Shown here one piece after another: positions 58,598 to 64,000 of a stretch of DNA of 64,000 nt; positions within the stretch are counted from its first letter, which is position 1, and the number at the start of each line of letters is the position of its first letter. The position numbers and the translations under genes are program-made. The notes under the pieces were generated by a model. It was not told the DNA's origin. It saw only the letters and a program-made list of their open reading frames with translations, and made no database searches. This stretch comes from Candidatus Woesearchaeota archaeon. GTDB lineage: Archaea; Nanobdellota; Nanobdellia; Woesearchaeales; WJKR01. Where the stretch lies: assembly GCA_016927245.1 (NCBI GenBank), contig JAFGNA010000006.1, positions 17,230 to 81,229 of the forward strand, in the 5' to 3' direction.

Positions 58598-60596
58598 TAA
58601 CTATTATCATGCCATGGACCAGTTCGGCAGCGACCAGGTCATCGAGCCCTTGGTCAGCGAGGACGAGGGCGCGGTCAAGGACGCCTTGTCCTTCGGCACC
58701 GCTGAGCTCGGCACGACCACAAACCCGATGGGGAACACGCTCGACTCGGTCAAGTCGCGCATCATGGAGGGGGCTGGGAGGCTGGAGTTCGAGTTCATCG
58801 GCAAGGGGAAGGGGAACTCTCAGTCGCCGACGCCGGAGTCGTTCGGGGTGAGGGAGCGCCAGGACATGCGTGAATTGCTGACCATCAATGATATCAAGTC
58901 GTCCGTGCACGCCTCGGTGCACACCGAGTCGCTCGCAGGGTTCGGCCGCGACGGCTTCAGCGGTGCGCAGCGGGAGGAGGCGTTGCGCGAGATCAAGCGA
59001 GCCATCGACTTCGCCGGCGACGTCACGGACGGCGGGGCTATCGTCTTCCACCTGTCAGAGTGGCAGCGCCCCATGGTGCACGCCGGTCAGCGCAAGGAGA
59101 AGCAGTGGATGTTCAAGGGGTATGATACTGAGGAGAAGGACAGCCCCATGCTCGTCGTGGACGACCGTACCGGCAGGGTGATCAGCGGCGTGACGAGGGA
59201 TACGTATGTGTACGAGCCGAAGTTTGAGACTGTCAAGGAGCGAAACCCGTCCTTGATAGGGACGCGCGTGGACGGCCGGCTCGTCACCGGCGATGAATGG
59301 GTGGATATCAAGGGCCAGCCCGTGTTCCGGGATGACAACGTCGAGCGCATGTTCGACCGCGTACCGGTGTGGAACAAGGACAAGACGAACTTCGAGGTCG
59401 AGCATCTCACATGGGAGAAATTCGTCGAGCGCGCTGACGAGTACAACAAGCTGCACCCTGACAAGCAGGTCACGCCCGAGGAGATGTTCGCGCGCACCAC
59501 TATCCAGAACCGTGTCTTGCAGGCCAAAGGGTCGAGCTTGTATCACGCCCTACATTATGATGCCTTTCAGAAGCGGCAGGAGAAGCTGCGCCAAGCCTTG
59601 GAGTTGTACGAGGCGTATGAGGGTGACCTGCCGCCAGAGGCGCGTGAGCAACTCAAGGAGCTGGTAAGTGATGTTCCTGGGGTTGCAGGCCAGTTCACGA
59701 GAGGTGATTACCAGCTCCCGACCGAGATTATTAAGAGGGAGTTGGAGGACGCTGAGAATCAAATGCGCCACATCCATGAGTCCTCCGCCTCCGCGGATGC
59801 GCAGGCCATCGAGTACTTGGAGCAGATCAAGCATCTCAAGACTGCTGAGGAGTACGGCTTGGAGAAGACCGCTGACAGCATCGCCAAGGTGGGCTTGCTT
59901 GCCATGGAGGAGTCTCGCCGCAAGGGACTCAAGAACCCGTTGTACGCCGCTCCGGAGAACTATGACCAGCACTTGTACGGCTCGCACCCGTCTGAGATGC
60001 GCAAGGTAATCGAGGAGGGACGGAAGGCCATGGCGCAGCAGCTCGTCAAGGAGAAGAAGGCTGCTGACCTGAAGCAAGGGTTGGAAATCGCGAAGCAGCA
60101 CATCAAGGCCACGCTGGACATCGGGCACATGAACATGTGGCGGCAGTACTTTGACCCGACGGATGAGAAAGGCAAGAGCATTTACAAGACGGCGGAGGAG
60201 CGGGAAAAGGCGTTCGAGAAATGGTTGCTCAATGAGTCAGAGCGGCTCATCAAGGATGGCATCGTCGGCCACGTCCACCTCACTGACAACTACGGCTACG
60301 GGGACGAGCACCTTACCCCTGGCCAGGGCAACGTGCCGATGAAGGAGTTCTTGAAGCGCATGGAGAAGGCTGGTATGAAGGACTTGATAGTGGAGCCTGG
60401 CTCCTATAATATTAGCACGTCGCTCTTCGACACGTTGTCCTTGGTAGGCAGCCCGGTGTATGGCGTGGGCCGCTTGCCACGGTTCAACCAGGTCCAGCAC
60501 GCGCACTTCGGGTACAACGCGCCGCCGTTCTTCATCGCAGGGGCGTACGCGCCCAGCAATGATTGGCGTCCGTGGACCGAGGTTCCTTTGGAGTAG
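58581..60596 (+). CDS. Xylose-isomerase-like TIM-barrel (AP endonuclease 2/sugar-phosphate isomerase superfamily) protein with a roughly 330-aa helical insertion.
   Basis: The N-terminal HASVHTE...IDFAGDVTDGGAIVFHLSEW and C-terminal LDIGHMNMW...GIVGHVHLTDNYGYGDEHLTPGQGNVPMKEFLKRM...IVEPG match the His/Asp/Glu metal-site strands of this fold. The middle 330 aa are coiled-coil-like. Confidence 0.45.
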   Translation: MQFTNNNYYHAMDQFGSDQVIEPLVSEDEGAVKDALSFGTAELGTTTNPMGNTLDSVKSRIMEGAGRLEFEFIGKGKGNSQSPTPESFGVRERQDMRELLTINDIKSSVHASVHTESLAGFGRDGFSGAQREEALREIKRAIDFAGDVTDGGAIVFHLSEWQRPMVHAGQRKEKQWMFKGYDTEEKDSPMLVVDDRTGRVISGVTRDTYVYEPKFETVKERNPSLIGTRVDGRLVTGDEWVDIKGQPVFRDDNVERMFDRVPVWNKDKTNFEVEHLTWEKFVERADEYNKLHPDKQVTPEEMFARTTIQNRVLQAKGSSLYHALHYDAFQKRQEKLRQALELYEAYEGDLPPEAREQLKELVSDVPGVAGQFTRGDYQLPTEIIKRELEDAENQMRHIHESSASADAQAIEYLEQIKHLKTAEEYGLEKTADSIAKVGLLAMEESRRKGLKNPLYAAPENYDQHLYGSHPSEMRKVIEEGRKAMAQQLVKEKKAADLKQGLEIAKQHIKATLDIGHMNMWRQYFDPTDEKGKSIYKTAEEREKAFEKWLLNESERLIKDGIVGHVHLTDNYGYGDEHLTPGQGNVPMKEFLKRMEKAGMKDLIVEPGSYNISTSLFDTLSLVGSPVYGVGRLPRFNQVQHAHFGYNAPPFFIAGAYAPSNDWRPWTEVPLE

Positions 60597-60647
60597 AAAG
60601 CTATATATAGGAAGGGTGCGATGCAGGAGTAGAGGTGAGGGTGAGCA

Positions 60648-61448
60648 GTGGATTTCTCTATCGAGAAGCGCCGGCACAGGGCCGAGGAGCAGTACGCGCA
60701 CGGTGACCTTGACTTGGCGTACCGGTTCGCAAAGCGTTGCCATGACGAGTGCCGTGACCTTGTCAAGGCCGTCGTGCTGTTCGGCTCCGCCGCGAGGAAG
60801 AAGCAGGGCGCGAACGACGTGGACATCCTTGTCATCATCGATGATGTCTCCCTGGTGCTCGATTCGGAGCTCATCCAGACGTACCGGGTCATCACGGGCA
60901 AGATTATCAGGGATTTGTCCCGCCGATTGCACGTCACCACCTTGAAGCTCTCCTCGTTCTGGGAGTACGCTCGTGAGGGCGACCCGATAGCGGTGAACAT
61001 CCTCAGGGATGGCTTCCCTTTGCTTGATACGGGCTTCTTCGATCCCTTGCAGCTCTTGCTTCATCAGGGGCGCATCAGGCCTAGTCCTGAGAGCATCTGG
61101 ACGTACCAGGACCGAGCCTCGCAGACCTTATCCAACAGTTCTTGGCATGTCATGCAGGCCGCTGTCGACCTGTACTGGTCGGTTGTGGACGCCGCGCACG
61201 CTGCCTTGATGAGCATCGGCGAGGTTCCTCCTAGTCCTGAGCACGTGGCGGACTTGTTGCAGGACAAGATGGCCAGGCAGAAGATGATTCCTTCGTCGTT
61301 CCCGAACACGATGCGCAAGTTCTACTCGTTGTCAAAGGATATCCTGCATCGCAAGCGCCAGTCGTTGTCCGGCGCTGAGTACGACAAGCTCTACCAGGAG
61401 GCTGAGGGCTTCGTGAGGGCGATGAGGGCTTTCGTGGAGAAGCAGTGA
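60648..61448 (+). CDS. Pol-beta-type minimal nucleotidyltransferase with a C-terminal helical domain (KNTase-like).
   Basis: The GS-x10-DxD motif is present (LFGSAARKKQGANDVDILVI). Confidence 0.55.
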   Translation: MDFSIEKRRHRAEEQYAHGDLDLAYRFAKRCHDECRDLVKAVVLFGSAARKKQGANDVDILVIIDDVSLVLDSELIQTYRVITGKIIRDLSRRLHVTTLKLSSFWEYAREGDPIAVNILRDGFPLLDTGFFDPLQLLLHQGRIRPSPESIWTYQDRASQTLSNSSWHVMQAAVDLYWSVVDAAHAALMSIGEVPPSPEHVADLLQDKMARQKMIPSSFPNTMRKFYSLSKDILHRKRQSLSGAEYDKLYQEAEGFVRAMRAFVEKQ

Positions 61449-62465
61449 CTACTGCCGTATCTCTTTCAGTCTCTCCTCGACCTGTACCTTGTCCGCGACG
61501 TTCGCCTCATAGAACGTGGCGACTATTTTTCCCATCGCTTCGACGAGGAGGTCTTTCTCCATTCTGCCTTCCTTTCTCCATGAGGTGTAATTCCCCAATA
61601 GGCATCCTTGTATTGAGTGTTGGTGCTCACGCACGCTTTCATATCCTTTGCCTTCTTCGCTGCAGTGGTTCAGGTCGTAGAAGACGTTGTTTTGCCACGG
61701 GTTCAGCCTGAACTGCCGCATCTTCCTGTTGAATCTCCCGTAGGTGGTTTCGAATGCTCCCTTCTCTTCCAGGAGGAACAATGGTATGGAGTAGTCGTTG
61801 TCGACGTATTCGTTGAAGTACTTGATTTTGTAGTTCTTGAAGCTATGATAGAAATTGCTGTGCCTCCCTCCTTTTTGATCGTTGAGGAACGCTTGCGTGC
61901 TTTCCGGCAGCGCGGAGAACAGGGTCGTCTCGAGGTCTGTGTCCTCGAGGTTGAAGGCGGGCACGGTCTTGTTGAACAGGTAGAAGAGGGGGAGGCGGTG
62001 CGTGATTGCCATCGGCGCAGTCTCTATCGTGCCGTATTTGAGGTCGTGGTCCATGCGCATGATGACCTTGAAGGAGAAGTCATCCGCGTAGAGCCTCTCT
62101 TTCGCGTGCGCCTCTATCTCTTTCCTCGTCGCTTTCATCTCCTGGTCGAGGTCGTGCACCTTGCCCGCTACTTCTTTCGTGAGCGCTTGCTTGCTTTCCC
62201 GGACCTTCTCCATCGACGTTTTTTTCGCCGGTACCTGCTGCGAGGCCGTCAGCTCCTCGTGGTCCGTGAGCTTGTTCATGACGTTCTCCAGCACCGCGTA
62301 GGTCACTCCGTCATGCAGGTCGTGCGCCTTCTTCAGGTCTTCCTTGGCCACTTGTAGCCGGTATAGCTTGAGGTAGAGGTCGTCGATGGAGGAATCGATA
62401 TTTTCCGTCTTCTTGGCGAGCACATGCTTGGGTATGATGCCGTCGATGAGGTCGTCGAAAACCAT
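61449..62465 (-). CDS. Hypothetical 338-aa protein convergent with the NTase gene.
   Basis: No motif recognised. Confidence 0.35.
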   Translation of the reverse strand: MVFDDLIDGIIPKHVLAKKTENIDSSIDDLYLKLYRLQVAKEDLKKAHDLHDGVTYAVLENVMNKLTDHEELTASQQVPAKKTSMEKVRESKQALTKEVAGKVHDLDQEMKATRKEIEAHAKERLYADDFSFKVIMRMDHDLKYGTIETAPMAITHRLPLFYLFNKTVPAFNLEDTDLETTLFSALPESTQAFLNDQKGGRHSNFYHSFKNYKIKYFNEYVDNDYSIPLFLLEEKGAFETTYGRFNRKMRQFRLNPWQNNVFYDLNHCSEEGKGYESVREHQHSIQGCLLGNYTSWRKEGRMEKDLLVEAMGKIVATFYEANVADKVQVEERLKEIRQ

Positions 62466-62549
62466 GGTGGGAGGGAATGTGATTTTCCTTTTATCTTTTT
62501 GTGTTGTCCCATGAGAACTTTTTTAAGGGGTGGCTTGTCCTCTCTTCCT

Positions 62550-63167
62550 ATGGGCGCGTTCGACAAGGGCAAGTCCTCAACCTTGGAGGGTTTGGGCGGG
62601 CCTGACCGGAGCAAGCAGGGCTGTGTCGACGAGGCGGCTTGGCCGTTCATCCTGACGATCAACGGTCTTCCTGATTATTACACGACGTCGAGCTGCGCCG
62701 GCCGTATCAACGTGTTCAAGGAGTCTGTTTCTGGGAAGAAGCACGAGGCTGAGTGGTTGTTCGTCACGCATGATCCTGCTGATTACAAGGACGTCCTCGA
62801 GGCTTTGCGAGACCCGCCTCTGGAGACGCTCTGGTTCAGGATGGAGTGCCCTATCTTCCACGTCGCGTGCAGGGATTGCGCGGCTGCTGAGCGGTTGTTG
62901 CGAGTGTGCCAGTCGCATGGTTGGAAGCGCTCGGGCATCATCAGCACGGGCGGCAGGGCTTCTCGGCAGCGGCGTGTCATGCTCGAGATCGTCGGGAACG
63001 AGCGGATTGACACACCCATTGCTATGGGTGGGCGGTTGTTGTTCGACGAGAAGTATGTCCGGTTCTTGGTGCAGAAGGCGAACGAGAAGTTGGCCGTGAC
63101 GCGGAGGCGGCTGGAGGGGTTGCGAGAGGCTGTGAATGGTTCGCTCTCTGCTCGTGCAGATCGGTGA
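62550..63167 (+). CDS. taw3: tRNA wybutosine-synthesizing protein 3 homologue (Taw3/TYW3 methyltransferase).
   Basis: The characteristic SSCAGRI motif (YYTTSSCAGRINVF) and a DPA/H region are present. The start is probably MGAFDKGK at about 62550. Confidence 0.6.
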   Translation: MGAFDKGKSSTLEGLGGPDRSKQGCVDEAAWPFILTINGLPDYYTTSSCAGRINVFKESVSGKKHEAEWLFVTHDPADYKDVLEALRDPPLETLWFRMECPIFHVACRDCAAAERLLRVCQSHGWKRSGIISTGGRASRQRRVMLEIVGNERIDTPIAMGGRLLFDEKYVRFLVQKANEKLAVTRRRLEGLREAVNGSLSARADR

Positions 63168-63467
63168 TGTCTTCAGGGGTAAAGTTCCCCTTGCTCACAG
63201 GGCTTTCTTGCAGAGGTTGTACTTTGTTGGCCGTGGTTTTGTTTGTGGCGGATGATGGCTTGTTCTATGTTGTCTTGTTGGGTGAGCTTCCTGCCGTGTT
63301 CGCGCATGATTCCCTCGTCGTGAGGGTGGGGGAGCTCCTTGTCGTAGTTTCCTTCAGGGGTTTTGAGGATGGCGACGTATTGCCTGTCTTCTTCGCCGAG
63401 CGTTTTTTATTTACCTTCGGGACTGCTTCCTCTTAGGAAAGAAGAAAAGAAAAAGATTTGTTGGTTC

Positions 63468-64000
63468 TCATTTCTTGCCGCCGAGCGCGCTCGCCGCCAC
63501 GACGACGATGAGGATGACGAGTAGCACGACGATGAGGATGAGCAATGCCAGGTAGGTGGTGCTTCCTCGGTCGAGGAGCTTGCTCGGCGTTCCCGTGGTC
63601 GTGGCCACCACGCTGCCGGTGGTGCCGGTGCTCGGCGTCGGGGTGACGATATCGATCTCGTCTTCCTCTTCCTCCTCTTCCTCTTCTTCGTCTTCCTCAT
63701 CAGTGGTGCAGGCGAGGATGACGAGGTCTGCTGAGGTGATGTCTGTCTGGTCGTCCTCGGTTGGCTCCGTGAACACTTGTATGGTGATGAAGTACTGCCC
63801 GGGGTCGAGGTTTTCGCGCAGGGGCAGGGCGACTTCCTTGGTGAGGTCATCTCCTTCCTCTATGTCCATGTCCCTGACTATGACTTCATCTTTGAGTGCC
63901 TCGCCGGTGATGAGCAGGGTGCCTCTGTCTATGTCCCTGGTGCCTGCGTTCTCGATGTTGACGCGGAGTTGAGGATTGATCGTGGTGCAGGCTTCGACGT
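63468..64000 (-). CDS. Partial (N-terminus beyond the window) acidic surface protein with a poly-Glu tract, a Thr/Pro/Gly-rich linker and a C-terminal TM anchor ending GGKK.
   Basis: The reading frame is open from the window edge through ...DEEDEEEEEEEEED...TPTPSTGTTGS...ALLILIVVLLVILIVVVAASALGGKK. Confidence 0.45.
   Translation of the reverse strand, partial: VEACTTINPQLRVNIENAGTRDIDRGTLLITGEALKDEVIVRDMDIEEGDDLTKEVALPLRENLDPGQYFITIQVFTEPTEDDQTDITSADLVILACTTDEEDEEEEEEEEEDEIDIVTPTPSTGTTGSVVATTTGTPSKLLDRGSTTYLALLILIVVLLVILIVVVAASALGGKK

Overview
This window is a 64 kb, GC-rich (about 60%) archaeal chromosomal segment. It is densely packed with housekeeping genes and is interrupted by several AT-rich islands.

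The archaeal assignment rests on GatD/GatE, aCPSF1, proteasome beta, the ribosomal L1-L10(P0)-L12(P1) cluster, diphthine synthase, a Cdc48 AAA ATPase, a tRNA-Met with the archaeal initiator features (A1:U72, three G-C pairs in the anticodon stem, CAU), a class III signal-peptide pilin and TATA-box promoters. Other confidently recognisable genes include SerRS, adenylate kinase, TruD, Dus, RNase HII, an XPD-like helicase, HtpX/LemA, an ABC-2 exporter, a Kef/RCK antiporter, GH15-like and other glycosidases, and a GT-B glycogen-synthase-like enzyme.

The most unusual content is RNA-level and mobile. Five tRNA genes were found; four carry introns, and two of those carry two introns each at non-canonical positions (D-arm or anticodon stem). 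Two paralogous class-II-like tRNAs have 65-85 nt introns. Three of the intron-bearing tRNAs sit immediately next to AT-rich islands encoding LAGLIDADG homing-endonuclease-like ORFs, one intact and two decayed. A further LAGLIDADG-plus-winged-helix gene abuts an rnhB gene whose catalytic GIDEAGRG motif is split by a 32-nt frameshifting insertion, a candidate mRNA intron. A three-gene operon of unknown function (56367-60596) includes a xylose-isomerase-like TIM barrel with a roughly 330-aa helical insertion. No CRISPR array, rRNA or classical IS element was seen. All calls come from reading the sequence and ORF translations; no database searches were run.
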